A stretch of 64,000 nucleotides of DNA from an uncultured Bacilli bacterium (GCA_947627975.1 CANQYB010000001.1:7997-71996), one strand, 5' to 3'; shown: positions 1 to 10,926, counted from the first letter of the stretch. Notes: generated by a model from the sequence alone, not told the origin. Program-made: numbers and translations.

Positions 1-689
1 TTAATTCTTCCTTCAACCATTTTAATTGCAATATTTTCCGGTTTTCCCTCATTCATAGCATTTGTCTTTTGAACTTCTTTTTCATGTGCTAAAACATCTT
101 CTGGAACATCAGTAGTAAAAACATATTGTGGTTTCATAGCTGCAGCTTGCATAGCAACATCTTTAGCAACTTGAACATTTCCTCCTTCAAGTTTAACTAA
201 AACTGCAATTTTACCACCCATATGTAAATAGCTACCAAATGTTTCATTATTACTTTTAGTCACAATTTCACATCTTCTAAAAGAAATTTTTTCACCAATT
301 TTAGCAGTTGCTTCGGCAATTAAATCACTAACACTATTTCCATCAGCAGTTACAACATTAACTGCATCTTCAAAATTTTTAGAATCACTATTTAAAATAG
401 CATTTCCAATTTTAGAAATTAAATCTTTAAATTCTTGATTTTTACTAACAAAATCTGTTTCCGCATTAATTTCTAATATAACTGCCTTATCATCATTTAT
501 AAAAACATCAGCAAGTCCTTCAGCAGCAATTCTACTAGCTTTTTTAGCTACTTTATTTAATCCATTTTCACGTAAATAATCCATAGCTTTATCAATATCA
601 CCATTAACTTCTGTTAATGCTTTTTTGCATTCCATCATTCCTGCACCAGATTTTTCTCTTAATTCTTTTACTAAACTTGCACTAATCAT
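1..689 (-). CDS. tsf: elongation factor Ts (partial; C-terminus lies beyond window start)
   Basis: Minus-strand translation 'MISASLVKELREKSGAGMMECKKALTEVNGD...' is a typical EF-Ts N-terminus. ATG at 687-689 with GGAGG at 695-699. Sits directly downstream of rpsB. Confidence 0.85.
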   Translation of the reverse strand, partial: MISASLVKELREKSGAGMMECKKALTEVNGDIDKAMDYLRENGLNKVAKKASRIAAEGLADVFINDDKAVILEINAETDFVSKNQEFKDLISKIGNAILNSDSKNFEDAVNVVTADGNSVSDLIAEATAKIGEKISFRRCEIVTKSNNETFGSYLHMGGKIAVLVKLEGGNVQVAKDVAMQAAAMKPQYVFTTDVPEDVLAHEKEVQKTNAMNEGKPENIAIKMVEGRI

Positions 690-700
690 ATAATGCCTCC

Positions 701-1654
701 TTATTTACTTAAATTTTCAATTAAATCTGCTTTTTTCATTGTTGAATAACCTTTTATTTTTCTTTCTTTTGCTAAAGCTTTAAGTTCAGTTAATGTTTTA
801 GAATTTAAATTATCATTTTTAGATATTTCTTCAGTTTTTATATTAGAATTTTCTTTTATTTCAGTATTTTTAACTTCTTCTTTTAATACTTTATTTTCAT
901 CTTGTTTTTCTATAACAACTTCTTTTTTAGAACCTTTTTTCTTATCATCTTCAGTAATATAATCAACAATTTCTAATCCTTTAGCCTCACAAATTGCATT
1001 ATTAAGTACTCCAAGAATAACTTTTACACTTCTTACAGCATCATCATTTCCAGGAATAACATAATCAACATCATCAGGATCACAATTAGTGTCAACAATT
1101 CCAAAAACAGGAATATTTAATTTTCTTGCTTCTCTTATTGCACTATATTCTTTTTTTGGATCTACAATTATCATAGCATTTGGTAATTTATCCATGTTTC
1201 TAATACCACTTAATAATTTATTTAATTTGGCATATTCTTTTTTTAATCCAATAACTTCCTTTTTAGGAAGCATTTCAAATACCCCATCTTTATCCATTTT
1301 TTCTATTTCTTCAAGTCTTTTAACTCTTTTTCTTATTGTTCTAAAATTAGTTAATGTTCCTCCAAGCCATCTTTCAGTTACATAAAAACTTTTACTTCTT
1401 TCTGCTTCATCTTTTGATGCCTCTTGAGCTTGTTTTTTTGTACCAACAAATAAGAAATTTCCTCCATTATTTGCTATTTCCTTGATAACTTGATATGCAT
1501 TTTCAATACATTTTTCAGTTTTATCAAGATCAATAATATAAATATCATCTCTAGTTGTATAAATATATTGTTTCATTTTAGGATTCCATCTTTTTGTTTG
1601 ATGTCCAAAATGAACTCCAGCTTCAAGTAAATAACTCATTGAAACTACTGCCAT
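701..1654 (-). CDS. rpsB: 30S ribosomal protein S2 with Lys/Glu-rich C-terminal extension
   Basis: 317-aa ORF with the S2 signature '[22 protein letters not shown]...'. Conserved rpsB-tsf order. Confidence 0.95.
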   Translation of the reverse strand: MAVVSMSYLLEAGVHFGHQTKRWNPKMKQYIYTTRDDIYIIDLDKTEKCIENAYQVIKEIANNGGNFLFVGTKKQAQEASKDEAERSKSFYVTERWLGGTLTNFRTIRKRVKRLEEIEKMDKDGVFEMLPKKEVIGLKKEYAKLNKLLSGIRNMDKLPNAMIIVDPKKEYSAIREARKLNIPVFGIVDTNCDPDDVDYVIPGNDDAVRSVKVILGVLNNAICEAKGLEIVDYITEDDKKKGSKKEVVIEKQDENKVLKEEVKNTEIKENSNIKTEEISKNDNLNSKTLTELKALAKERKIKGYSTMKKADLIENLSK

Positions 1655-1838
1655 TTAAAATCATTCTCCTTTCGTTTTTTACCCAAATATTTCTAAATAT
1701 TATCACCTAATGGCACTAGATAATAAAATCCATATTTGTACTTATTTGATTTTATTTAAAAATCTCTTTAATTTTATCAAAAAAAATAAACAATAACAAG
1801 TATTTTTGTTGCAAAATAAAAAATAGTAATAATATTTA

Positions 1839-2315
1839 CTATTTTTTATTATTTATAAATAAAGCTATATATTTTATTGCAACTACTAAATAATATGCAA
1901 GAAAATTATATATTAGTAACCAAAGATAAATAATTTTTAAATTATTATATAAAAAATAATATTCAAATGGAAGAATTAATACAAAAATAAAAATAATATA
2001 AAAAAATTTAGGATTATCAATATTATTAAAACTCTTAGAAGTATTTTTATTATCATTTAAAAAATTAACATATAAATATAATATTATTGTAAAAAAAAGT
2101 AGAATATTGACAATACTATTATTAAATAATGAAAAGATTATATACAAAATTAATAATATTATTGATGGTATATTAAAATACTTTTTATAATTTTTAATTA
2201 ACCATTTCTTATAATTATTAACTTTTTTTATTTTTATTTTCATAGCATTACTACATATACTTAAAAAATAAATTAGCCACAGAAAAAAAGTTATATATAT
2301 TATTAATTTGTTCAT
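1839..2315 (-). CDS. hypothetical polytopic membrane protein
   Basis: 158-aa ORF with 4-5 hydrophobic helices. No recognisable motif. Confidence 0.45.
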   Translation of the reverse strand: MNKLIIYITFFLWLIYFLSICSNAMKIKIKKVNNYKKWLIKNYKKYFNIPSIILLILYIIFSLFNNSIVNILLFFTIILYLYVNFLNDNKNTSKSFNNIDNPKFFYIIFIFVLILPFEYYFLYNNLKIIYLWLLIYNFLAYYLVVAIKYIALFINNKK

Positions 2316-2352
2316 TTAAATTACTCCTTAGTATTAAAATTATAACATAATT

Positions 2353-2634
2353 TTATTCAATATTTAATTTTCCTTTATATTTTTTATTATAATTTGATAT
2401 TAAAGAATCAAATAAATATTCATTATAATTTTTTTTATTTATTTTTATATTTACATCTTTTATATCATAGTGATCTAAAATAAAAAAAATTCTACTTTGC
2501 AAAATATTTATATTATCCAAAGTAATATCATTTTCTAAATTAACAAATAAAGTCCTATTGTTATAATAAATATCCATTATATCACCCAATAAGAATTTAT
2601 CATTTTTATAAATTAAAGTAAATAGAATCGACAA
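2353..2634 (-). CDS. hypothetical small protein downstream of obg
   Basis: 93-aa ORF co-oriented with and immediately downstream of obg. No motif recognised. Confidence 0.4.
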   Translation of the reverse strand: MSILFTLIYKNDKFLLGDIMDIYYNNRTLFVNLENDITLDNINILQSRIFFILDHYDIKDVNIKINKKNYNEYLFDSLISNYNKKYKGKLNIE

Positions 2635-2645
2635 ATGTTATCAAA

Positions 2646-3929
2646 TTACTCTTTGAAATTGAAAATAGTACCACAAATTTCGACATCTTCTCCTCTTTTT
2701 GCTCCTAATTCTTCTAATTTTTCTTCTACTCCCATTTTACGAAGAATACTAGCAAAACGATCAATAGATTCTTGTTCGTTAAATTTAGTTTTTGCATATA
2801 ATTTTTCAATTTTTTCACCAGTTATTTTCCAAGTATTATTTTCATGAGTTATTATAAATGGCTCTTCTTCTTTAAATTTATAAATTACTTCATCATCAAA
2901 ATCTTTTTTTTCCAAAATGTCTTCAGACTTTGTATTTTCTAAAATTTCAGCAATATTTTCCATTAAAGAATCTACACCTTTATTATATAATGAACTAATT
3001 TCAAATACCAAAACATCTGGAAACTCTTTTTTAAAATTATCTAAGTTGGATTTAAAATTTTTTAAATCCATTTTATTTGCCACAACTATTTGTTTTTTAT
3101 TTTTAAGATTTTTTGAATACAAGGCAAGTTCATTATTTATTGTTTTATAATCATCAATTGGATTTCTTCCATCACTTGCTCCCATATCTATGACATGAAC
3201 TAATAATTTGCATCTGGCCGTATGACGTAAAAATTTATCACCTAATCCTAATCCCTTAGATGCACCTTCTATTAGTCCTGGAAGATCAGCCATAATAAAT
3301 TTTTTTCTTTTTTTTGTTGTAACTAAACCTAAATTGGGAGAAAGGGTTGTAAAATGATATGAAGCTATTTTTGGTTTAGCTGCACTAACTAAAGATAATA
3401 ATGTTGATTTTCCAACTGATGGTAACCCAATTATCCCTACATCAGCTAATAACTTTAGTTCGCATTTTATATATTTAACTTCCCCTTTATCACCATATTC
3501 AGAAATTCTAGGAGCAGTATCTTTATGAGTAGCAAAATGTTTATTTCCATATCCCCCTTTTCCACCTTTAGCAATTACATATTCTTGTTTATCATTAACT
3601 AAATCAACAATAACTTTATTTGTATCATTATCAGTAACTACAGTACCTGGAGGAACTTTAATAATAATATCAGAGGCATTTTTTCCTACTTTATTTCCTC
3701 CTTTACCATTTTCACCCTTTTTACCTTTAATTATTTTTTGATATTTTAAATCTATAAGTGTTTTTAAATTTCTATCAACTTGAAAAATTATACTACTTCC
3801 TTTTCCACCATCGCCACCATCTGGACCGCCCATAGGAACAAATTTTTCTCTTCTAAATGAAGTACAACCATCTCCTCCATCACCGGCAATAAGTTTTATA
3901 TTTATTTCATCTATAAACACAAGTATCAT
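2646..3929 (-). CDS. obg: GTPase Obg/CgtA
   Basis: N-terminal Obg fold with glycine-rich 'AGDGGDGCTSFRREKFVPMGGPDGGDGGKGSS'. G-domain 'GLPSVGKSTLLS' and 'DLPGLIEGAS', plus C-terminal OCT-like domain. Confidence 0.95.
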   Translation of the reverse strand: MILVFIDEINIKLIAGDGGDGCTSFRREKFVPMGGPDGGDGGKGSSIIFQVDRNLKTLIDLKYQKIIKGKKGENGKGGNKVGKNASDIIIKVPPGTVVTDNDTNKVIVDLVNDKQEYVIAKGGKGGYGNKHFATHKDTAPRISEYGDKGEVKYIKCELKLLADVGIIGLPSVGKSTLLSLVSAAKPKIASYHFTTLSPNLGLVTTKKRKKFIMADLPGLIEGASKGLGLGDKFLRHTARCKLLVHVIDMGASDGRNPIDDYKTINNELALYSKNLKNKKQIVVANKMDLKNFKSNLDNFKKEFPDVLVFEISSLYNKGVDSLMENIAEILENTKSEDILEKKDFDDEVIYKFKEEEPFIITHENNTWKITGEKIEKLYAKTKFNEQESIDRFASILRKMGVEEKLEELGAKRGEDVEICGTIFNFKE

Positions 3930-3987
3930 TCCTTTAATTTATTTGTATTTATTATACAATATTTTGAATATATTTTAAAGAGGTACT

Positions 3988-5280
3988 ATGAAAAAAAATA
4001 TATTTATAAAATCAACATTAATTTTATTAGTTGGAAGTATGATAACTAGAATTTTAGGATTTGTTATTAAAATAGTATATACAAGATTACTTGATGCAAA
4101 TTCATTAAATTTATACATGTTAGTTCTTCCCACGTATTCATTATTTGTAACAATAGCCTCTTTTGGTCTTCCCCTTGCTGTATCTAAAATTATTTCTGAA
4201 GAATCTAAAAGAGGTATAAAAATATTTACATCTTTATTTCCATTTATTATTATTGCTAATACAATTTTAATTATTATAATTATTTTAATATCGCCCTTTA
4301 TTTCTTCAACTTTACTTCATTCTAATAATACAAAATTACTTATAATTTGTATGTCTTTTGTACTCCCCTTTATTTCTATTTCCAGTTTAATTAGAGGTTA
4401 TTTTTTTGGAAAGCAAAAAATGTTTCCTCATACACTATCCAATATTATAGAACAAATTGTAAGACTCTTATTAATAATAATTATAATTCCTCCCCTTACT
4501 AAAATAAATTACACTTATGCAGTTATGGGATTAATTTTATTAAATATAATATCAGAAGTTACATCAATAATAATTTTTACTTTATTTTTACCAAAAAGTT
4601 TTAAAATTACAAAAAAAGATTTAAAGCCAGATTTAGCTACAGTTAAAGACGTTGTTAAAATTTCATTGCCGACAATTTCTTCAAGAATTGTTGGAAATAT
4701 TGGCTATTTTTTTGAACCAGTAATAATTACAAATTTATTAATATTAAGTGGCTATAGTAAACAATTTATTTTATCTGAATATGCAACTTATAACGCCTAT
4801 TCACTTTCTCTTTTACTTATTCCTTCCTTTTTTATCGCCTCAATTTCTACATCTTTAGTACCAGAAATTGCAAAATATTATTTCAATAAAAATAAAAAAA
4901 TGGTAAAAAGAAGAATTATTCAAGGATGTATATATTCATTTTTAATTGGTTTAGTTTTTAATGTATTTGTTTTTATGTTTGCCAAAAAAATATTACTAAT
5001 TTTATATGGTACAACCAAGGGGATTAACTATTTTAAAATTTTATCACCATTTTTTTTAATATTTTATCTTGAAGGGCCATTAATGTCTGGATTACAAGCA
5101 ATGAATAAAGCATCAAAATCTTTTAAAATAACTAGTTTAGGTATAGTAATAAAATTAATATTTTTAGCAATTTTTTCATTAGTTCATATTGGTTTGTATG
5201 GCCTAGTAATATCCGAAATTGTAAATATAATTTTTGTTGTTGGTTATAGCTTTATGGAAATAAAAAAATTGCTTAAATAA
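3988..5280 (+). CDS. Wzx/MurJ/SpoVB-type polysaccharide (lipid-linked oligosaccharide) flippase family membrane protein
   Basis: 430-aa ORF with about 12 TM helices and an N-terminal region typical of the polysaccharide-biosynthesis/MOP flippase family. RBS AGAGG sits before the ATG. Confidence 0.65.
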   Translation: MKKNIFIKSTLILLVGSMITRILGFVIKIVYTRLLDANSLNLYMLVLPTYSLFVTIASFGLPLAVSKIISEESKRGIKIFTSLFPFIIIANTILIIIIILISPFISSTLLHSNNTKLLIICMSFVLPFISISSLIRGYFFGKQKMFPHTLSNIIEQIVRLLLIIIIIPPLTKINYTYAVMGLILLNIISEVTSIIIFTLFLPKSFKITKKDLKPDLATVKDVVKISLPTISSRIVGNIGYFFEPVIITNLLILSGYSKQFILSEYATYNAYSLSLLLIPSFFIASISTSLVPEIAKYYFNKNKKMVKRRIIQGCIYSFLIGLVFNVFVFMFAKKILLILYGTTKGINYFKILSPFFLIFYLEGPLMSGLQAMNKASKSFKITSLGIVIKLIFLAIFSLVHIGLYGLVISEIVNIIFVVGYSFMEIKKLLK

Positions 5281-5285
5281 TCAAT

Positions 5286-6404
5286 TTATGAATTTTTCTT
5301 ATAAGTTATCTGATATTGACCATATGGAGTTGTTGTAGTTGGAGGTACTATATTAAAACTACCCATAAAAGTAGTTGACATTTCTTTAACCGAAGAATAA
5401 CCACCACTATTAAATCCTCCTTGAACACGATATTTACAATCATCTAAAGTTGGACAATACCATTCATCATCTAAATATTCCCAATGTAAAATTGTTTTTG
5501 AAGACGTATCATTATCTCCTGTCATTGTAATTTTTCCAAATGGAATACCATTCTCATTTTTATATTCAGATATTATTTTGCCACTATTACCTGTATCAAT
5601 AATAAGAAATCTTCTTATTAATCCTCCTTGTGAATGGGCTCTTACAATTTTTATAGTATATGTTTTAATTAATGTTCCATCTTGAGCATAAAGGTTCATT
5701 GTTTTATTATTATCGCCAACTACTAATGAAGAAAAAGAAGATGGTACTAATTTTCCAGAAGAAGATGGAGTAACATTAAAAGTTACTGAAGTAGTTGTAT
5801 TTGAAACATATAATGAATAAGAAGTTACAGTAGAACGAAAACTTGGAGATAAGTAATACTGTCCAGAAACACTTAAATTGGAAATAGAAGTACTAGAATT
5901 CAAAGTAGAAAATTCAATTGACTTTTGAGTTTGAAGGGGAGTATATTGATAACCTGAATCAATACCTAAACCTATACTAGAATCACTTGAATTAAAAAAA
6001 TTAGTATTTGCTGATACAAGACGCACTTTAATTGATCCTAAAGGAGCAATAATTCCAGAAGGAGCAGCATGTGAAGTATCAGGAATTTTATAATATATGG
6101 CTGATGATGAGGTATAATGTAAATTATAAGAAAAATAATATCCAGTATTATTTTTAATAGTTACATCTTTTTGCTGACCATTAGTATTTGAAACTATAGA
6201 TGATGTAAAAGTAATATTAGGAGTAGCAGCAGTTGTTGATGTTACAGTTTTATCTCCAGATTCACTAATAAAAAAAGAATAAGTAATAAAAATAGCAAAC
6301 ATTAAAATAATTAAAATAACACAAGAAAAAATAAAAGTATTTTTTGCTTTTTCTTCTGGGCTTATATATTTTTTTAGTTCAACTTTAACATTATTCTTAG
6401 CCAT
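5286..6404 (-). CDS. membrane-anchored Ser/Thr-rich surface protein with cadherin-like beta-sandwich domain
   Basis: N-terminal cytoplasmic tail plus a single TM (FIFSCVILIILMFAIFITYSFFI). The segment 'LSVSGQYYLSPSFRSTVTSYSLYVSNTTTSVTFNV...GDNNKTMNLYAQDGTLIKTYTIKIVR' matches the cadherin-like beta-sandwich pattern (L.vS.G.LsP.F....tsY.v.V...v.v....G.N.i.i.V.a.dG....Y.i.v.R). Confidence 0.6.
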   Translation of the reverse strand: MAKNNVKVELKKYISPEEKAKNTFIFSCVILIILMFAIFITYSFFISESGDKTVTSTTAATPNITFTSSIVSNTNGQQKDVTIKNNTGYYFSYNLHYTSSSAIYYKIPDTSHAAPSGIIAPLGSIKVRLVSANTNFFNSSDSSIGLGIDSGYQYTPLQTQKSIEFSTLNSSTSISNLSVSGQYYLSPSFRSTVTSYSLYVSNTTTSVTFNVTPSSSGKLVPSSFSSLVVGDNNKTMNLYAQDGTLIKTYTIKIVRAHSQGGLIRRFLIIDTGNSGKIISEYKNENGIPFGKITMTGDNDTSSKTILHWEYLDDEWYCPTLDDCKYRVQGGFNSGGYSSVKEMSTTFMGSFNIVPPTTTTPYGQYQITYKKNS

Positions 6405-6494
6405 ACATTCACCTTTTATTATTTATATCTTTATCTTATATTCCTATATTAGTATAACATATTAATAAATTATTTAAAATAAAAATTGCTTAAT

Positions 6495-6974
6495 TTAAGC
6501 AACTTTTATTATTTTTACATCAAATGAACCATTAGGTGAAGTTACTGATACTATATCACCAGCTTTTTTACCTATAACAGCCTTTCCAATTGGTGATTCA
6601 TTAGAAATTTTATTATTCATAGGATCTGATTCCATTGAACCTACTATTTTATATTCTTCTTCTTCATTATCATCAATATAAGAAATAGTAACAACAGAAC
6701 CAATATTTATCATATCTTTATCTTTGTTATCTATAATTTTGGCATTTTCCAACATAAATTCCAGTTCTTTAATTTTACCTTCTAATTCAGCTTGAGCATT
6801 TCGAGCAGCATCATAATCAGCATTTTCAGATAAATCTCCTTGAGCTCTCGCTTCTTTTAATGCAGAAATAATTTCTGGTCTCTTATTTAATTTTAAATCA
6901 TTTAATTCATTTTCCAGTTCTAAAAAACCATCTGCAGTCATTAAACATTCTTTTTTAGTTTTCATAATCATCAT
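6495..6974 (-). CDS. greA: transcription elongation factor GreA
   Basis: 159 aa with an N-terminal coiled-coil carrying acidic tip residues. C-terminal FKBP-like domain 'GKISNESPIGKAVIGKKAGDIVSV'. Confidence 0.9.
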   Translation of the reverse strand: MMIMKTKKECLMTADGFLELENELNDLKLNKRPEIISALKEARAQGDLSENADYDAARNAQAELEGKIKELEFMLENAKIIDNKDKDMINIGSVVTISYIDDNEEEEYKIVGSMESDPMNNKISNESPIGKAVIGKKAGDIVSVTSPNGSFDVKIIKVA

Positions 6975-7007
6975 CCTTTAAAATATTTCCATAAAAGAAT
7001 ACTACAT

Positions 7008-8192
7008 TTATTTTAATTTGTCAAATACTTTAATACGCATCATATCAAATTTATGAACTTCTACATCACAAGGTATTTTTACTATCATTTGAGGATGATT
7101 AGCAGCTTTTAATTTTTTGTCATCTTCATCCCATATTTTTTTAATTTTTAAATCAAAAGTTTCTGTTTTTGGTCCAAAAATTTGAACTATATCACCTATT
7201 TTAAAGAAATTTCTTTGTTCTAATGTAATAATCTTTTTTTTATTATCATAATTTTTTATTAATCCTAAAAAATCTTGATTTGAAAGTTCGTCTCTATCTT
7301 GATAATATTGTTCAGAATAATTTGGTAATTTATCAAAAAATTGAGGTGTACTTTCTCTATTTGCACATCTATTTAAAATATTTATGGCATAATTAATATA
7401 TTCATCATTTAAAGAATTATTTACAACTTTTTTCATAATATTTTTATATATTAATGTTACAGTTGCAATGTAATAAATAGAACGCATTCTCCCTTCAATT
7501 TTAAAAGATTCAACATTCATATTCATCAATTCTTTAATATACCTTACCATATTTAAATCTTTTGGCATTATAGAAAATTTATGCTTTTTATTAATATCAA
7601 ATAGCCAACGGCACACTTGGGCACAGCCCCCTCTATTAGAATCTCTTAAAGTACAGTAATTTGATAAAACGCATTGCCCTGAATATGATACGCACATAGC
7701 CCCATGAATAAATACTTCAATAGACATGCCAGTAGATACTAATGATTCAATTGTTTTTTTTGAACACTCTCTTGCAGCAACAATTCTTTTAACTCCTAAT
7801 TTTTTCCAAAATAAAGCATGATCTTTATTTGTTACACTCATTTGTGTTGATAAACACAAATCTAAATTTAAATGATTTTCCTTTACTAACTTTAAAACGA
7901 CAATATCACTAAATATTATTCCATCAACTTTAATTTTTTCCAAAAATTGTAAATATTTTTTAAGTCCCTTTAAATTTTCTTCATGAAAAACTATATTAAC
8001 AGTGATATAAATTTTTTTAGAATAACTATGAACATATTTAGTAGCATATTCTATTTCTTCTAATGTAAAATTAGTTGCATTGGCTCTTAATGAAAATTCT
8101 TTTCCTCCTAAATAAACTGCATCTGCTCCATATAATATAGCAATTTTTAATTTTTCTAAAGATCCTGCAGGAACTAGTAATTCATAATTCAC
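7008..8192 (-). CDS. peptidase U32 family protein (YrrO/TrhP-like, tRNA U34 hydroxylation)
   Basis: 394 aa with a U32 N-terminal TIM-barrel 'LLVPAGSLEKLKIAILYGADAVYLGG' and a Cys-rich 'GAMCVSYSGQCVLSNYCTLRDSNRGGCAQVCRW' segment. Lies in the conserved mltG-trmR-U32-U32 cluster. Confidence 0.85.
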   Translation of the reverse strand: MNYELLVPAGSLEKLKIAILYGADAVYLGGKEFSLRANATNFTLEEIEYATKYVHSYSKKIYITVNIVFHEENLKGLKKYLQFLEKIKVDGIIFSDIVVLKLVKENHLNLDLCLSTQMSVTNKDHALFWKKLGVKRIVAARECSKKTIESLVSTGMSIEVFIHGAMCVSYSGQCVLSNYCTLRDSNRGGCAQVCRWLFDINKKHKFSIMPKDLNMVRYIKELMNMNVESFKIEGRMRSIYYIATVTLIYKNIMKKVVNNSLNDEYINYAINILNRCANRESTPQFFDKLPNYSEQYYQDRDELSNQDFLGLIKNYDNKKKIITLEQRNFFKIGDIVQIFGPKTETFDLKIKKIWDEDDKKLKAANHPQMIVKIPCDVEVHKFDMMRIKVFDKLK

Positions 8193-8196
8193 ATAA

Positions 8197-9012
8197 TCAC
8201 CTCTTAACTTTATAAATTGTTTTTTTATTTAAAAAACCACTATTTGATAGAGGGATTCTTATTTTTTTATTATTTTTAATTGCTTTAATTAAATTAACTA
8301 TAATTTCTTTGGAAATTAAAGTAGTATTAATAAAATAAAATAATACATTACTATCTATATCTAAAAGTTTAGTTCCATTATAAATTTTTTCAGTCAAAAA
8401 AATAGTAGCATTTTCCTCTTCTTTCACCATAAAAGATTGATTACTTATATTGTCTTTAATAATAATTAAATTATTTAATGATTCATTATAATAATCATTA
8501 TAATTAGTTATTAAATTTCTTTTTGAATAACTAACTTGATTATGAGAAAGTATTTCTAATATAATTGGTTTTTTTAAATTAGAAACAATTTTTTTACATT
8601 CTAAAAAAGTTAACTCGTTTGCTAAAATGTAGCTATTAAAACCTAAATCTAAAAAAGCATTTATACTTTCATGATTAGTTCCAAAATGTCTTAAATTTAA
8701 AATTATATTTTTATTTTTTGTTTTTAAAAAATCATATATACCTAAATCAGAAATAATAAATCCTTTAATATTTTTAGGTACTTTTTTCAACTCTTTTTTT
8801 AAATCTTCAAGCATTTTAGTTGATAAAATTTTATTAATAACAATAAAGACATTATCAATATTGATTATGTCTTTTAATGTATAGCTTTTTTCATAAAATA
8901 CAGAAAAATTTTTTAAATAAATAGCAAAATTTTTAATTCCTAATTTTTCATATTCTTTTATATCTTCTAAATTATTAATTAAAATTAATATTTTATTTAG
9001 CATTATTATCAC
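8197..9012 (-). CDS. second U32-like protein (YrrN-like), divergent
   Basis: 271-aa ORF at the position of the second U32 gene in the conserved cluster. The sequence is very divergent, so the call rests on synteny only. Confidence 0.4.
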   Translation of the reverse strand: MIIMLNKILILINNLEDIKEYEKLGIKNFAIYLKNFSVFYEKSYTLKDIINIDNVFIVINKILSTKMLEDLKKELKKVPKNIKGFIISDLGIYDFLKTKNKNIILNLRHFGTNHESINAFLDLGFNSYILANELTFLECKKIVSNLKKPIILEILSHNQVSYSKRNLITNYNDYYNESLNNLIIIKDNISNQSFMVKEEENATIFLTEKIYNGTKLLDIDSNVLFYFINTTLISKEIIVNLIKAIKNNKKIRIPLSNSGFLNKKTIYKVKR

Positions 9013-9589
9013 GGAAACTTATAGCAAGTCCATCTCCTATATCTAAAAATTTTGTTGTAAATTCTTCATTAGTTTCTAAAAATTCTTTATAACTATTTAA
9101 CTTGTTTACTATACCCTTTAAGCCTTTTGTAGTTGCTTGCTTTTTACCATTTGCAAAACCATGAAAATTAATATTATCAGTTATTATACTTCCATTAGGT
9201 TTTAAAAAATATTTAAATTTTTCAAAAAATTTAATATATTGTCCTTTAGCAGCATCAATAAATATCATGTCATATGAAACATTTGACAAATTAACATCCA
9301 ATGCATCCTGATAAACTACTTCAATTTTATCTTCAAAATTACATTTTTTAACATTTTTTAAACATTCCATATAACGTGATTCATCTTTTTCAATTGTAGT
9401 TACTTTAACATCTAAAGCAGTTGATGCCATTAATATTGCAGAATAACCAATAGCAGAACCTATTTCTAATATATTTTTTATATTATTCATCTTTATAAAT
9501 TTCATAATAAATGCTATTGAATCTTTTTCAATAATTGGAACATTATTAGCAGCAGCATATCTTTCCATTTCTAATATAATATCTTTCAT
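8993..9589 (-). CDS. trmR: SAM-dependent O-methyltransferase, class I (YrrM/TrmR-like)
   Basis: 198 aa with a SAM motif 'ILEIGSAIGYSAILMA' and an acidic 'FIDAAKGQY'. Typical caffeoyl-CoA-O-MT-like fold. Syntenic with mltG and the U32 genes. Confidence 0.75.
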   Translation of the reverse strand: MKDIILEMERYAAANNVPIIEKDSIAFIMKFIKMNNIKNILEIGSAIGYSAILMASTALDVKVTTIEKDESRYMECLKNVKKCNFEDKIEVVYQDALDVNLSNVSYDMIFIDAAKGQYIKFFEKFKYFLKPNGSIITDNINFHGFANGKKQATTKGLKGIVNKLNSYKEFLETNEEFTTKFLDIGDGLAISFRDNNAK

Positions 9590-9590
9590 T

Positions 9591-10661
9591 TTAATTTCCT
9601 TCCTTATTTTTTAATGAATTTATTATTTTTAAATGTTCACTATAAGTTTTAGCATAATATATTTTTCCATCTTTACCAGCATAAAAATAAAGATAATCAT
9701 TAATATTAGGATTAATTACAGCATCTAATGAAGATGATGAAACATTACATACTGGTCCAATTGGAAGTCCTAATTTTGAAGATGCTCGAGTATTATAGGC
9801 GTTAACTTCGTTAAATTCAGCAACAGTAAGTGATTCAGATAATTTTTTTTGAGCTCCATAATATGTAGTAATATCACTACCTAAATTCATATTATTATTT
9901 AATCTATTATAAAATACGCCAGCTATTTCTTTTCTAGATTTATTATCATTTCCCTCAAGTTCTACAATTGAGGCTAAAGTTACTAATTCATGGATATTAT
10001 AATTTGATTTTGTATAATCAAATTCTTTCAAATGCTTATCAAAATTGTTAAGCATTACATCAATAATTTCTTCTACAGTAGCATTTTTTTTAAATGTATA
10101 AGTATCAGGATATAAATAACCTTCTAATGGATAATATATATCATCATTCAATATTTTATCATCTAAAAAAGAATATTTATTAATTAATGAATTAAGATAA
10201 TTTTTATTATTTAATTTATTTATTATATCATCATAATTATAAGAAAAGGCATTAGCAATTGATCGAGCATAAGTAGTTAAACTTTTTCCCTCAACAAAAG
10301 TAAGAGTAACACCTTTATTTTCCTCATTTTTGCCAGTTGATATATTATATATTATATCCCTTGTTGACATAGAATTTGAAAGTTTGTAAGTCCCATCCAT
10401 TAAAACTATATTTTTATTTAAATATAAATATAAATATGTTGCATACTTACTTTTAATTAAATTTTCCTTTTTTAAATTATTAACAATTGTTATTTTACTA
10501 CTGCCATTATCTACCTTAAATAAAATTTCTTTTTTATTTTTATTTACTGGCTCTAGTAAAATAACAAAACAAATTATTCCTATAATTAATACTATAAATA
10601 CAATAGAAATAATAACAATTAATAATTTTACCCATCTTTTAAGTTTTTTATTATTTTCCAC
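9591..10661 (-). CDS. mltG: endolytic murein transglycosylase MltG (YceG-like)
   Basis: 356 aa with an N-terminal TM and YceG-type C-terminal lytic transglycosylase motifs 'LASIVELEG' and 'LGLPIGPVCNVS'. Confidence 0.88.
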   Translation of the reverse strand: MENNKKLKRWVKLLIVIISIVFIVLIIGIICFVILLEPVNKNKKEILFKVDNGSSKITIVNNLKKENLIKSKYATYLYLYLNKNIVLMDGTYKLSNSMSTRDIIYNISTGKNEENKGVTLTFVEGKSLTTYARSIANAFSYNYDDIINKLNNKNYLNSLINKYSFLDDKILNDDIYYPLEGYLYPDTYTFKKNATVEEIIDVMLNNFDKHLKEFDYTKSNYNIHELVTLASIVELEGNDNKSRKEIAGVFYNRLNNNMNLGSDITTYYGAQKKLSESLTVAEFNEVNAYNTRASSKLGLPIGPVCNVSSSSLDAVINPNINDYLYFYAGKDGKIYYAKTYSEHLKIINSLKNKEGN

Positions 10662-10926
10662 TAGAATTTTCTTGCAAAGAAGAAAGTAAATCTTCTACTA
10701 CTTTCCACTCTTCTTCTGTTTCTATAGGTTTTAAAGTTTTATCTTTTCCAGATGGGTCATAAATTGATGCATAAACTTTTATATTTTCAGCATCATCATA
10801 TGTATTATCAGTATATACTATATAATTTTTTTTAGTTTCTTTTGAATCAAAAGTAAATAAAACGTTGCATTCAATTTTTTCATTTTTTTCATTTTCAATA
10901 ACAAACGAGTTTTTACTTTCCTCCAT
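10651..10926 (-). CDS. DUF1292-family small acidic protein (YrzB-like)
   Basis: 91-aa acidic protein located between ruvX and mltG, as in Bacillus. Confidence 0.55.
   Translation of the reverse strand: MEESKNSFVIENEKNEKIECNVLFTFDSKETKKNYIVYTDNTYDDAENIKVYASIYDPSGKDKTLKPIETEEEWKVVEDLLSSLQENSSGK

Noticed and set aside
1089-1385. Plus-strand 98-aa ORF inside rpsB
   Set aside because: Antisense to a highly conserved ribosomal protein gene. Low-complexity hydrophobic translation typical of AT-rich antisense frames.
2635-3150. Plus-strand ORFs overlapping obg
   Set aside because: Antisense to obg. No independent support.
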